This document shows, piece after piece, positions 12,446 to 25,019 of a stretch of DNA of 58,979 bases. The translations under genes and the position numbers were made by a program. The first letter of the stretch is position 1; each line of letters starts with the position of its first letter. The DNA is taken from the NCBI RefSeq assembly GCF_004010195.1, contig NC_057719.1, positions 91,805,369 through 91,864,347 on the forward strand. The letters run 5' to 3'. The notes below the pieces were generated by a model. The model was not told the DNA's origin, did no database searches, and saw only the letters and a list, made by a program, of their open reading frames with translations. Origin of the DNA: Chiloscyllium plagiosum. Its lineage: Eukaryota.

Positions 12446-12601
12446 GTACCGTCTATTAGCGTTTGACCATGATCTGTTTAGCTTTGTGGATCTAAGCTTT
12501 AACAAGTGGCCAGCAGTCCTTATCACAAATCCGAAATCCGCTCTATATCGTAGCCCAGGACATGAGCCTCTGGGGAAAATCAAGTACTCTACGCATATCA
12601 G
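12446..12601 (+). CDS. TMEM62: TMEM62 internal coding exon
   Basis: Acceptor ttttggtag, donor gtatga. Translates YRLLAFDHDLFSFVDLSFNKWPAVLITNPKSALYRSPGHEPLGKIKYSTHI(R). 156 nt, phase 2/2, in frame with the previous exon. Confidence 0.95.
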
Positions 12602-12689
12602 GTATGATATAACTTGTGTTCTGTTATTCTCTGTTAGATTCCTTTGGTCATGTTTGTATCTAATGAGTCCATCTTCAAACGATCCAAGA

Positions 12690-13340
12690 GCTCAAGAAAT
12701 AGGAGCAGGAGTAAATCCTACAGCCCAATAAGATTTATACAATCATGACTGATCTTCTACCTTAACTTCACTTTACTGTTAACTTTCCTTGATTCTCTGA
12801 AAGACCAAGATCTGTTTGAGCTGAGCCTTAAAATATTCAAAGATGGATCATCTACAGTTCTTCAGGATAGGGAAATTTAAAGATTCAGAACCATGTGAGT
12901 GAAACAGTTTCTCTACATTTCAGTCCCACGTGAACTGCCCATTATCCTGAGACAATGCTCCTCTGTTCTCGACTCTGAATCATGTATGTTTCAATGACAT
13001 TGCTCTCACTTTCCTTAACACAGAGAATTGGCCTAATTTACCCAGCTTCCCACCATTGGATGTCCCTCTCAATTCTAGGGAATCAGTTGAATGAACTGTA
13101 CCATCTGTAATACAAGATCATCCTTCCTTAGATGTTGACCCCCAAATTATGCAAAGTATTCCTGGTATGGTCTCACAAAAGCCCCATCCAGTTGCAGTAA
13201 GCTTCCTCCTCTTTGTACTTCAATCCTATTACAATAATGATCACTAAGTTATTTGCTTTACTCATTGCTTGCTGTGACTGCATGCTAACTTTCTGCATAC
13301 ACCGTATGAGTATACCAAATCGCCTTGAACATCAACATGG
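12690..13340 (-). mobile_element. Old CR1 3' fragment
   Basis: aagaaataggagcaggagta.. start and decayed RT C-terminal sequence, like other CR1 3' ends in the window. Confidence 0.65.
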
Positions 13341-13409
13341 TTTTCATCAATCTGACCAAGGCTCTTGACTCAGTTAGTTAGGAAATGTCCTGTCAAAGAC
13401 CAGTTATCC

Positions 13410-14620
13410 TGAGAAATTCATCAGTATCCTCTGTTTCCTCCATGACAAGATGTCCTCACTGACAGTAATATGACAGAATCAAAGAGATGTCCAACCCATC
13501 CATGCCTCAAGACAGGAGTCAAACAGGGAAATGTCATTGCCCTCACCCTTTCTCATCTTTGTCACCACCATTCTTTTTTGTATTAAGAGCATGTTTCTGA
13601 GTAGAGTGGACTTTGTCAGCAGGATGAACACAAAAAGTTTCAACCTCAACTGGATGAAATCCAAGAAGAAAACACCTACCTCTCTTGTTGAACTGAAGTC
13701 TGTGGATGACCATGTTATCTCTGCTCTCTTGGAAGAGACTCTTCAAGCTTCACTTTACCTCTTGTGGAAACATACTGAATAATTAATATAAGCCTCAAGC
13801 TCTAGAGGACTCGATCCTATACCAATCCATCCTAGGTTAAATTCTGGTCCACTCTCCATTAAGGTCAATGGAGAAATCCTTCCAGATGTGGAACATTTCC
13901 CCTATCTGAGGAACCACCTCTCATCTAAAGCTGATGTCGTTGCAAAGACCCAATATTGTATCGAATTTGCGAGCTCTGCTTAAAGATGAGAGGCTTCGAT
14001 GACCATGAAACCCATGCTGATACCAAGATCCTTGTGTATAAGGCAGCCATTCTTCTTAATCTTCTCTATGGCTCCAAAACTTGGACTACACATAGCCGCC
14101 ACCTCAAGGTCCTTGAGAAGTGCCATCAGTGCTACTTGAGCCGGATTCTCCACATCAGCTGGAAGGACAGGCATACTAGCATTAGTGTCTTTGAAGCAGC
14201 CAAATAGCACCAACATCGAGGCCATAGTCATCCAAAACCAATTCCACTGGGCTGGCCCTGTGCTTAGGATGTCTTGAGTTCCAACTGCCGAAGCAAACCA
14301 TCTTCACCCAGCTGATGGAGGGCACTCAAAATCGAGGAGGGCAAAGACTCTGTCTGAAGGCTTCCCTCAAGAAATATAACATCGATATCGACACCTCGGA
14401 GACCCTGATTCAGAACCGACATGGAGCAATCTCCTATATGAAAGGAAACAATTTTTCAAGAACACCCGATGGCAAGTGGAAGTATAGCACCGACCTAATG
14501 TGTGGTTGGAGAAGTGGCTCTACCATCGGGGTCATCAGCCACATAAGGACCCACAGAACCCATGACCAGTGACATGGAATTTCCTGGGTGAACAATCATA
14601 CTCGTTAGCAAGACCCAATC
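13410..14620 (+). mobile_element. RTE-clade LINE fragment (decayed RT and C-terminus)
   Basis: FNLNWMKSKKK..ELKSVDD, NGEILPDVEHFPYL, TKILVYKAAIL..LLYGSKTW, RILHISWKDR, HWAGPVLRM, RGGQ, IGVISHIRTH: RTE-type motifs with deletions. Confidence 0.82.
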
Positions 14621-15034
14621 TCTTAGAACATCACACACACAAGTTTTACATCTTTTAAAATGTGTTCTGTTTTTGTATTCCTAAAACTAAAACAATCTGT
14701 CATATTTCAACATTACATTCCATCTACCACCTTGTTGTCCACTCATTTAGCCTGTCGATATCTGCTTGCATTCTGCTCACAGCAGATTTAATAGTGTAAT
14801 AGCAGAGCTGCAGATAATATTTGTTTGATTCACTGTGTCTGGTATTACATTGAACAGGTATATCCTGTGCAAAGTTACCCTTTTATTCCTGATAAAAGAT
14901 TTTGCCCTTCCATTCCATGTTGAATTGTAACTGGGTGGGGATGGCTCTAAAATTGAAGAATATGTTTGAAGCATATTTATTGTATTAATTCCCACAAACT
15001 TGCTGTGGTGCGTTTAGAATGTAAACCCCACTTT

Positions 15035-16210
15035 GATAGAGATGTACAGCATGGGAAACAGATCCTTTGGTCTAACTCATCCATGGTGACAAGAAATCCC
15101 AAATTAATCTAGTTCTGTTTGGACCATATCCCTCTACACTCTTCATATTAATGTAACCATCCAGATGCCTTTTAAACATTGAAATTGTACCAGCCTCCAT
15201 CACTTCCTCTGGCAGCTCATTCCATACACACATAACCCTCTGCCTGAAAGTTGCCCCCAAGGTCCCTTTTAAATCTTTCCCTTCTCACCTTAAACCTATG
15301 CGCTCTAGTTTTGGACTCCACTACTCTGGGGAAAAGACTTTGTCTATTTACCCTATCCATGCCCCTCATGATTTTATAAACCTGACACCCCCTCAGCTTG
15401 CGACATTCCAGGGAAAATAGCCCCAACCTATTCAGCCTCTTCCTATAGCTCAAACCCTCCAACTCTGGCAACATCCTTCTAAATATTTTCTGAACCCTTT
15501 CAAGTTTCACGATATCCTTCGTATAGCAGGGAGAGCAGAATATCACACATTATTCCAATTGTGTCCTGTACAGCCACAACATGACTTGCCAATTCCTATA
15601 CTCAATGCACTAACCAATGCAAGCATACCAAACACCACCTTCGCTCTCCTGTCTACCTGCAACTCTGCTTTCAAAGAACTATGATCCTGCGCTCCAAGGT
15701 ATGTTTGTTTAGCATTAAGTGCATAAGTCCTGCCCTGATTTGACTTTCCAAATTGCAGCCCCTTCTATTTATCTAAATTAAACTCCATCTGCCACTTCTC
15801 AATCCATTGGCCCATCTGATCAAGGTACCGTTGTACTCTAAGGTAACCTTCTTTGCTGTCCGCTACACCTCCAATTTTGGTGTCATCTACAAACTTACTA
15901 GAAATACTTCCTATGTTCATATCCAAATCATTTATATAAATGACAAAAAGCAGCATCAGTCCTTGTGGCACGCTGTTGGTCACTGGCCTCCAGTCTGAAA
16001 AGCAACCCTCCACTACCACCCTCTGTCTTCTACCTTTGAACCAGTTCTGCACCCAAATGGATGGTATTCCCTGTACTCCATGTGATCTAACCTTGCTAAC
16101 CAGTCTCCCATGCGGGACCTTGTCAAACTCCTTACTGAAGTCCATATAGATCATATCCACAGCTCTACCTTCATCAATCCTCTTTGTTACTTCTTCAAAA
16201 AACTCAGTTA
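15035..16210 (-). mobile_element. CR1 LINE RT/3' fragment
   Basis: MDFSKEFDKVPHGRL, SVPQG, FVDDTKIGG, WQMEFN, RLNRLGLFSLE. Confidence 0.9.
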
Positions 16211-16469
16211 CTCAATATGTACTCATCCGCAGTTACTGCACTTCTTACCTCTATGAGTGTATTTGTCTTTGTTCTGTAATCGCTCATATTGTTATGGATG
16301 ACAGGAGTCTTACCAGTTTGTCGAGGTGAAGCCACAAGCTTCTGTCTAATCTAAAGTGGAGTGTTTTGGTTGCTTAGTGTATTTAGAACTGGTCTTATGA
16401 GGTATGTGATCTAGTTTGAAGCTTATACACTTGTTGGGAAAAAAGATTACAGCTCAAACCAACGTCATA

Positions 16470-17500
16470 ATAAAGTCATAGAAATCTACAGCGCAGAAAA
16501 AAGTCTCTTTGGCCTGTTGAGTGTGCCAGTTAAAAACAATCACCTATTTATTCTCATCCCATTTTCCAGCATTTGGTCCATAGCCTTGTATGCCTTGGCA
16601 TTACAGGTGCACATCTGAATATTTCTTAGGTGTTATGAGGGTTTCTGCCTCTATCACATTTACAGGCAGTGAGTTCCAGATTCCCACCTTCCTCTGGGTG
16701 AAAAAGATTTTCCTTGCATCTCCTGTAAACCTTCTGCCCTTAAATATATGTTCCCTGGTCATTTATCCCCCCATCAATGGGAAAAGTTTCTTCCTGTTGA
16801 CCCCATCTATGTCCTTCATCATTTTAGACATCTCAATCATGTCTGCTCTGCTCTGAGGATAACAACCCCAGTCTATCCAATCTCTTTTCATAAATGAAAC
16901 TCTCTAGCCCAGGCAACGTTCTGGTAAATCTCCTATGCCAGCTCTGTTAAATCTCCTCTGCAGTCTGTCCAGTGCAGTCACAGCCCTCCTGGGTGGATTC
17001 CAGAACACACAATACTCCAGATGTGGCCTAACCAACGTTTTATACAGTTCTAGCATAATCTCCCTGCTCTTAACTTCTGTGCCTCGACTAACCTTCTTAA
17101 CCACTTTAGCTACCTGTCCTCTTAGCTTTAGGGGACTGGTTGACATGCACACCAAGATCCCTCTGATCCTCAGTGCTTCCCAGGGTCCTACCTTTCATCA
17201 TGTATTCCGTTGCTTTATGTAGCCAGCCCAAGTGCATCACCTCATATTTATCATAATTCTATTTACCTCTGATCAACTTGTCTATATCCTCTAATCTAAG
17301 GCTCGTCACTATTTACAACCCCACCAATTTTCATATCATCAGCAAACTTCTTGATCAACTCTCCTACATTCAGGTCTAAATTATTTATATAAACTACAAA
17401 CAGCAACACTGATTCCTGTGGAACGCTACTGGAAACTGACTTCAGTTGGAAAAACACCCCTCAACCGTAACCCCCTGCATTCTGCCACTCATGCTGGATT
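16470..17500 (-). mobile_element. CR1 LINE RT/3' fragment (older)
   Basis: LYKTLVRPHLEYCV and the reverse CR1 3' end catagaaatctacagcgcag. Confidence 0.85.
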
Positions 17501-17889
17501 TCATTGAATCCGATGGGAAGTTTGTTACACTCTGACATAGAGTCAATTCAATTTGCTGAGACTGATGAAATCTTTTGCTCTTGCACAAATTATCTGTATT
17601 TTACAAGGATCGATAATCAAGAAAAACACGTACCTTACTGTTTCATACGCACCAAATATAAAGCTTCAAAACTAAAAGAATTAATATTTCCTTGATTTTA
17701 AAATACTGCACATTTGACCAGTCACATCTTACAGCAACTTCCCTAGATCTCTAATCCGCCTTTTTCTGATAGCTCTGAAAACTGTTTTTCTCCAGATATT
17801 TATCCAAGTCTCTTTTGAAGGCTTCAGTTGAATCTGCCTCCCCACAGTCTCAGACAGTGCATACCAAATCCTAATCAGTCATTGTATGA

Positions 17890-18060
17890 ACAAAAATCGA
17901 AAGAACTGCAGATGCTTTAAGCAGAAACAAAAACAGAAGTTGCTGAGAAAGCTCACCAAGTCTAGCAGCATCTGTGAAGAGGTATCCGAGTTAATGTTTC
18001 GGGTCCGGCATTCCAAGGAAGGGTCACCAGACCGAAATGTTAAATCTGATTTCTCTTCAC
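17890..18060. mobile_element. Penelope-derived fold-back remnant (L1 target site)
   Basis: aaacagaagttgctg..cagcatctgtgaaga..tttcgggtc / gaagggtcaccagaccgaaatgtt, the same family as 38020-38155. Confidence 0.55.
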
Positions 18061-18502
18061 TTTTTTTTAAAATATAGTTTTATTAAAAAAAAGGAATTAT
18101 TTTCTTTTGAATAGTACAATTACAAAACTAAACAATTCAAGCTAATGTTAAAAAAACAAACCCACTAATTTCATAAGTAAATAAATAATAACTAACCAAA
18201 AAAGGAAACTCTTATTAATAATAATAATAATGATAATAACCATAACATAGCTCAGCAAAACAAAGCAATAGCCCTTGATCATCGAGGCATAAGTTTATAC
18301 ATAATCATATGTGCGTAATTCCTCCCCTCTGGATCCCAGATTCATTATAGAGAATTGTCATGGCTATATTTAGGCTCTTATTAGTATAGCAGACAAATCT
18401 GTACCCAGGTAATCCAAAAAGGGCAACCACGTGTTATAGAAATTCTCAGTTTTATGGTATACTATACTTATAAGAAAGTCCAAGGGGAGGTGCTCCATGA
18501 CT

Positions 18503-18824
18503 CACAGTGGCACAGGGCAGCACAGTGGTTAGCACTGCTGCCTCACAGCGCCAGAGACCTGGGTTCAAGTCCGCCTCAGGCGACTGACTGTGTGGAGTTT
18601 GCACGTTTTCTCCGGGTGCTCCGGTTTCCTCCCACCATCCAAAGATGTGCAGGGTCAGGTGAATTGGCCATACTAAATTGCCCGTAGTGTTAGGTAAGGG
18701 GTAAATGTAGGGGTATGGGTGGGTTTCGCTTCGGCGGGTCGGTGTGGACTTGTTGGGCCGAAGGGCCTGTTTCCACACTGTAATCTAATCTAATCTAATC
18801 TAATCTAATCTAATCTAATCTAAT
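18503..18824 (+). mobile_element. HE1-type V-SINE inserted in L1 ORF2 3' end
   Basis: TSD catgact (18496-18502 / 18825-18831), long (TCTAA)n tail, internal deletion in the V-domain. Confidence 0.93.
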
Positions 18825-21800
18825 CATGACTAGTTTACGCCAGCCCCAAGGGATTTTCTGAAACTTCCACACCGCCCCCCCCAATAGAATGTTATTTCTT
18901 GCACAAAAAGTGAGGATACTGAAAAGCCTTTTTTTGTGTGCATCTAATGAAAGTGAATTAACAAAGCCAAGAAGAAGAGATACCAGGTCCATCTCCACCT
19001 CCATCCCCAAGGCCTTCTCCATTTCACCGACCACAGCGCTCCAGTATGCCCACAGTCTGTGGCAGGACCAAATACAAGTGAGCGTGCCCATGCTCACTTT
19101 ACATTTAGGACACATTGGAAATGCTCCCGCTTTAAATTTAACGAGGTGGTCTGGGGCCAACTGGACCCTGTGGATAATCCTCAATTGTAAGATATGGGTC
19201 CTGTTGCAAATAGAGTTCCTTCTTGCATTTTCCTAGATATTCTCCCATATAACAGAAGAGATCTCAATGTCCAATGCCTTCTCCCATACCTTACAAGAGG
19301 TATTCAGTTTCATCTAAGGAACCCTCTCTCAATGGATAATGAACATTGCTAATAGATAATGTACCCTCAGCACTCAACACCCTCTTCGCTATGTCGGACT
19401 TGTAAGGATCAGTTAGAAGTGCGGTCTCCTTTTGTATGAAATTTCTAATGTGTTAAAAAAAACAAAATAGGTCCCGTATTGGGCAATTCATATTTCGAAG
19501 CCAACTGTTCAAAGGACATCAATGTATCCCCTTTGAATAAATCACCCAGGCAACACACGCCCCTAGCTGCCCATAGTTTAAACCCCGAGTCCATCATCCC
19601 TGGCTGAAAGCCCGGCATTCCAACTATTGGTGTCAAAAATGATGTTTTGGCAATATTGCCCTGACCCTGACACATTGTCCTCCACGCCTCGACAGTATTG
19701 ATAACTATTGGGTTATGGCAATATTCCTTAATTGTTCTCATTTTGTCTAAGAACAGCAGCCTAATAAGGGGACATCTTGCCTGAGATACTTCAATGTCCA
19801 ACCAAACTGCGTGAGGATCCCCTGGGCCTAATCATTCACGTAAGATAGCAACGAGTTTAACTGATAGTTGTTGATATCTGGGAGGCCCAGTCAACCCAGT
19901 CTGTAAAGGGAACTGCAGTTTGGTCAATTTAGTTAGGGGCTACTTGCGATACCAGATAAAAGAGCTAAACCAGCCGTTCAGTTTTCTAAATATTTGCTTA
20001 GTAAAAAGCAGTGGAAGCATTTTCATAGGATACAACAGGCCGGGCAGAATGTTCATTTTAATGAAGGCTATCCGACCTAACCAGGAGATCGGAATCGCCT
20101 CCCATCTATGAAGGTCCTGCTTGATTCTGTCAAATAAATGGGCAAAATTGGCTTTAAATAAACTTTCAAAAATGGGAGTAATAAATATACCTAAGTAGAG
20201 AAAGCCCTCCCATCTAAAGAGGAACTGAGATCCACCCTCAGGATCAGGCAGTCTCGAGAGATCAGCCATTAGCATGGCTTCTGACTTCACAAAATCAATC
20301 TTATAACCCAAGAAGCCACCAAATAGATTGGTGCATTTTATCAGGTGTGGCACTGAGACTACTGGGTTTGATAAGAAGACAAGATCATCATCCGCATACA
20401 GTGCAATCTTATGTGACTTTGTCCCCACTTCTGGAGCAGTTATATTGGGATCCTTATGTATTGCCTCTGCCAGCAGTTGGATCACCAATGTGAAAAGCAG
20501 CGGTGACAAGGGACAGCCTTATCGACTGCCCCTACAAATATTAAAATTGCTTGACTGTACACCATTGGTGAGGACTGCGGTAAGAGGATCACTATACAAA
20601 ACCTCCACCCACCTGATGAAGGTTTCTCCCAGGCCAAACCTCTTCAAAGTATGAAAAAGATATAGCCACTCGACCCTGTCAAATGCCTTTTCCGCATCTG
20701 AGGAGATCAACAATCACTGTACCGATCACTGTTGACGTACTTGGATCATGTTAAGTAATCTCCTGACATTATCCGTTGATCTCCGACCTTTTACGAGCCC
20801 CGTCTGGTCCTCCTTAATGATGGAGGTCAGTACAGTTTCTAGCCTTAATGCCAGAGACTTAGATAGGATTTTGAAGTCGACATTCAGGAGTGAAGTGGGC
20901 CTTTAGGAAGCACAGTACTCCAGGCCCTCCCCTTTTTTAATAATGACAGAGATGTTTGCCTCTCTCAGAGTTGAGGGGAGGAGGCCACGACAATGTGAGT
21001 TATTAAACGTACTAACATTGGCCCTGACAAAATACTTACAAATTCCTGGGGAGCTTGTCAGGACATTTCCATTCTGGAGCTGCCTCACAGCCTCCTGCAC
21101 CTCTTGCTCTGACAGTGGGTACATTGAGGAGAGACTCTTGTTCAGGGGTCACTCCCAGAAAGTCCAAAGTCTTAAAAAATAAACTCCATCCTAACCCACC
21201 CACTCTCACAGCTTTCAGATTGGTACAATTCAGAGTAAAATTTCCAGATGCTGCATTAATCCTTTTCGAATCATAGGTCAAATTTCCCGTATCCTCTCGG
21301 ATCGAGGCAATGGCTTGGGGGTACTCCTTTTCTAGGTACTTGCCCAGCTTATCCCCGTGCTCAAACAGCCTTTGATTTTCAAATGTAAGCTCCCTCTTGG
21401 TTGTCTGTGTGAGCATGGAGTTCAGCATAGATTGAAGCGCTATGATCCTCCGCAGTTTAACCAGCGAGGGCCTGTCAAAGTATGCCTTTTCAGCTACTTT
21501 CAAACCCGTCTCGAGCAAGCGTTGCTGCTCACCCATCTACCGCTTCTTACTGGCTGAACAGGAAATAACCAACCCCCAGCATAGGCTTTAGCTGTTTCCC
21601 AAAGAATGGATGGGCTACTGGCTGAGCCTGAATTAATATCTAAAAAAGCCCTGAACTCAGTAGAAAAGATTCAATAAATTTGCTATCCTTGAGGACGAAG
21701 GGGTCCAGTCACCAGTGCCTCAAGCCTACCACAGTATCCTGACTCTATATACACTGGGGAGTGATTGGAAACTATGATATTGCCAATTATATATGACACC

Positions 21801-23940
21801 ACTGAGCCCAGATGTGCTGTGGGGGTCAGGAAAAGATCAATCCTGGTATGGCATTTATGTGGGTTTGAAAAGAACGTGAAGTCCCTGCAGGAAGGTGAAG
21901 GTGCCTCCAAACATCTTCCAACCTCAATTCAGCACACAAATCCCTTAATTGTTTAGGTCGCAAAGAAGGTCTCGATGGGCCTTTGGGCAATCTGTCTACC
22001 ATAGGGTCTATGAGGCAACTGAAATCCCCCCCTATGATAATGTGTTGAGCTGCAAGGTTAACCAGTCTAGAAAGTGCGTCTGTCAAGAATTTAAGGTGTT
22101 GGGCCGAGGCACAGTAAACATTTAAGATCCCTTATTCTTCCCCATGAATCAAAGCTTTAAAGATTACAAATCTCCCGTGTGTGTCTTTAATGCACTCGAA
22201 TAACTTAAATGGAAGATTCTTTCTAACTAAAATGGCCACCCCTCTACTCCTTGTATTGAAAGATGAAAAATGAAACCCAGTCATACCCATTCTGTTGCAG
22301 CTTCAAATGCTCTGATCATCCAAGTGTGTTTCTTGCAATAAGGCAACATCCACCCTCTTCCTTTAAAGGGTGGAAAGTACCTTCTTCCTCTTGACAGGCA
22401 AATGGCTCCCCTTAATATTCCGGGTGCGTCACTTAAAAACATCCTTCGCCATAACCTTCTATAGCACCGTTTAGACTCCAGAGAGGAAGAACCCAAACTA
22501 CAGATCGCTGAGCTTTAATGCAAACGAATCCACAAAACCCAAAAAACTGCACAGACTAAAATAACTGCAGCCAACAAATCTACAAAACTTACAAAAGCTA
22601 CAGCAAAAACAGAAAAACAAAAAAATCACCACAAGGCACTGATTGGCAGAATTGACTCCCCATTCAAAGAGGGTGCCGACACATCCTACAACCCAACCGC
22701 CCTCTCAACTCCTCCCAGCTAGGGTGCGCCACATACACCGACCACCTGGTGGAGAAACAAAACCTGCCAAGAGTAAGGTTAGTACTGTAGACAAGTAAAC
22801 TAAAAGTAAATATGTCACCCATTCCTTAATGTAACTTAGAGATTAAAGATAAATACTCCATCCATCCCAGACATCATTTCACGCAACCTATTATCAGCAA
22901 GGAGATTCCACCAAGTCCTTTTGAAAGAAGAACAAACCCGAACAGCTCTTTCCTCTACACCTGTTCGACCATTTGATTTAAGTCAACTTGTCCACAAAAT
23001 TCTTTGCTTTCTCTGGCGAGTCAAACCAATGTACGGATCCGTTATGATTGATCTGAAACACTGCTGGATATTTTAGGGAATACTGGATCCCAAGCTCTCT
23101 CAATCTCCTCTTGAGGCCATTGTAGGACTTCCTTTTCCAGACCACTGCCGCTGAGAAGTCTTGAAAAAACATGACCTGGAGCTGTCACATACCAATGCCC
23201 TCGAATCCCTCCCCTGGGCTCTAAAGACTTCCATGACCATTTGCTGGTCTATATAATGATTGAACCTTACCAGGACAGGGCGTGGGTGTTGATCTGCAGC
23301 TGACTTTCGTGCCGTGATCCGGTGGGCTCTTTCAATTGTTATCCATCCCTTCTCAACCTCCAAACCAAGGAATTCCGGGAACCGCTTCTTGAAGAGCTCC
23401 AATGGCCTCTCACCTTCCGTCCCCTCCGGTAGGCCAACAACGCAGGTTCTTTCTACTGCCCCTGTTTTCGAGATTGTCTACCAGATCCAACAGACCCTGG
23501 ACCTGTGTTTCCAGGGCTTCAATCCGGTTCTTGGAGGAGTCAGTCTCTGCCTCTACCCCTGCAGCCTGGCGCTTGAGTTCATTGATCCTTTTTCCCAAGT
23601 CTTGCCGCATAGCAGATACAGGAGCCAACTTCTCTTCAATTTTTTTTCCTGGATCTGCCTCCCCAGGACCTCGCAAGATTTGGCCAGCTCCTCAACCAGG
23701 ATCTGGTGAGTAAGCAAGCCCGCTGCTTCAGAGGGCTAGGCCGTGGCCCCCTGCCTCCGGCAAGCTTCCTCCTTTTTTCAGCATTTTCCAGCTGTAAGGA
23801 TAAAGGTAAGTCGAGTTTTTTCGGGGTTCTAGCTCCTTTACTGTGATTTTACTCGCAGTAAAATGTTTGGGATGGGTTCTAGCTCTGTTGGGTCGGTGTT
23901 GCAGCCCGGAGCCCAGCAAATGTGATCCTAACAGGACGCT

Positions 23941-23949
23941 GCCATCTTG
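23941..23949 (-). promoter_or_regulatory. YY1-type site at L1 5' end (internal promoter)
   Basis: CAAGATGGC begins 8 nt inside the L1 5' boundary, as in vertebrate L1 promoters. Confidence 0.7.
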
Positions 23950-24179
23950 GATCCCCCGATTTCTCTTCACTTTGTGAATACATCTTTTCCTCACGTTACT
24001 ATTACTTCATGTTGCCAATCACTTCACATTTGTACAATCTGGTTCTTAGTCTTTCTACTAGTAGAAACAGTTGCTCCCTCTCCATTTCAAAACCCTTTGT
24101 AATTTTGAACACCTCGATCAAATTCCCTTTTAAATTTCTATTCTCCGTCAAGAAAAGTCTGGCCATCTGAAAGATTCCT

Positions 24180-24362
24180 CGTCCAAAGATGTGCAGGTTA
24201 GATGGATTGGCTATTCTAAATTGCCCTGTAATGTCCACAGATGTGCAGGCTAGGTGGGTTAACTATATGGGGTTCTAGGAATAGGGTGGGATGCTGTTTG
24301 GAGGGTTGGCAGACTCAATGGGCCAAATGGCTTCTGTCTGTATTGTAGGGATTCTATGATTC
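24180..24362 (+). mobile_element. Old V-SINE 3' half within decayed CR1 (23975-24570, -)
   Basis: gtccaaagatgtgcaggttag..gggccaaatggcttctgt..ctatgattcta. Confidence 0.7.
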
Positions 24363-25019
24363 TAGCTTCTGTAATAGATCCATGTAATTAGAATTCCTTA
24401 TGCTTGGAACCATTCTCATGAATCTTTTCTGCACCTTCTCAAATGAACCCAAACTAGTGCGCAAAACAGGGGACATAATTCCAGTTGAGCCAAATCAGCG
24501 TTTTGTATGGTTTGATCATAATTTTCTTACTTTTGTACTCTGTTCCCATTTACAAAGCCTTACATGCTTTCAATGATATTCAAACTGTTATTTAATTGCA
24601 ATTTCTTTGGATGTCGGGATTCAGTGGTAATGGGCGGAACAGTGCAGAATACGCTCAAGGCCACGGCCGATCCTGAAATTGAGAAGATATAAATGTCCCA
24701 CTTTGTAATTGGAGGAAAACCACATGCATTTCTGTTTTAGAGTGTATTTTTGAATTGCTTATCTCTGTAGACTTAATGGTATTCAAGTGTTTTACAGCCA
24801 TTGGAGTAGTTTTGCATGGTCAAGTCCCATCAGTTAATCTAGTTTGGTGTTCGTTTGAAAGAGGAGCGTTAGTCCAGTAATCAAAAGAACTCAGTAGTCT
24901 TCTCAAAATGGTGGCAAGGAGACTTTAACCTTTTACTTGAAACAACCAGCTGGGGCCTTGAATTCAGGGTCCTCTCCTGCAATACACCACTTTCTCAGTA
25001 CTGAGCCAGTACTGTGTCT

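Larger units (their letters stand above)
18061..23957 (-). mobile_element. Full-length decayed L1-clade LINE (ORF1 ~23784-22978, ORF2 ~22452-18370)
   Basis: TSD gatttctcttcac(ttt) at 18048-18060 and 23958-23970. 5' end GGGGGATCCAAGATGGC; 3' AATAAA plus A-tail. ORF1 LENRGSRKNLR, IERAHR, PRPVLVRF, FQDFS. ORF2 GGDFS, TRIDLFL, SNHSPV, DAEKAFDRV, SPLLF, LYADD, CPKC..C. Many stops and frameshifts. Confidence 0.93.
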
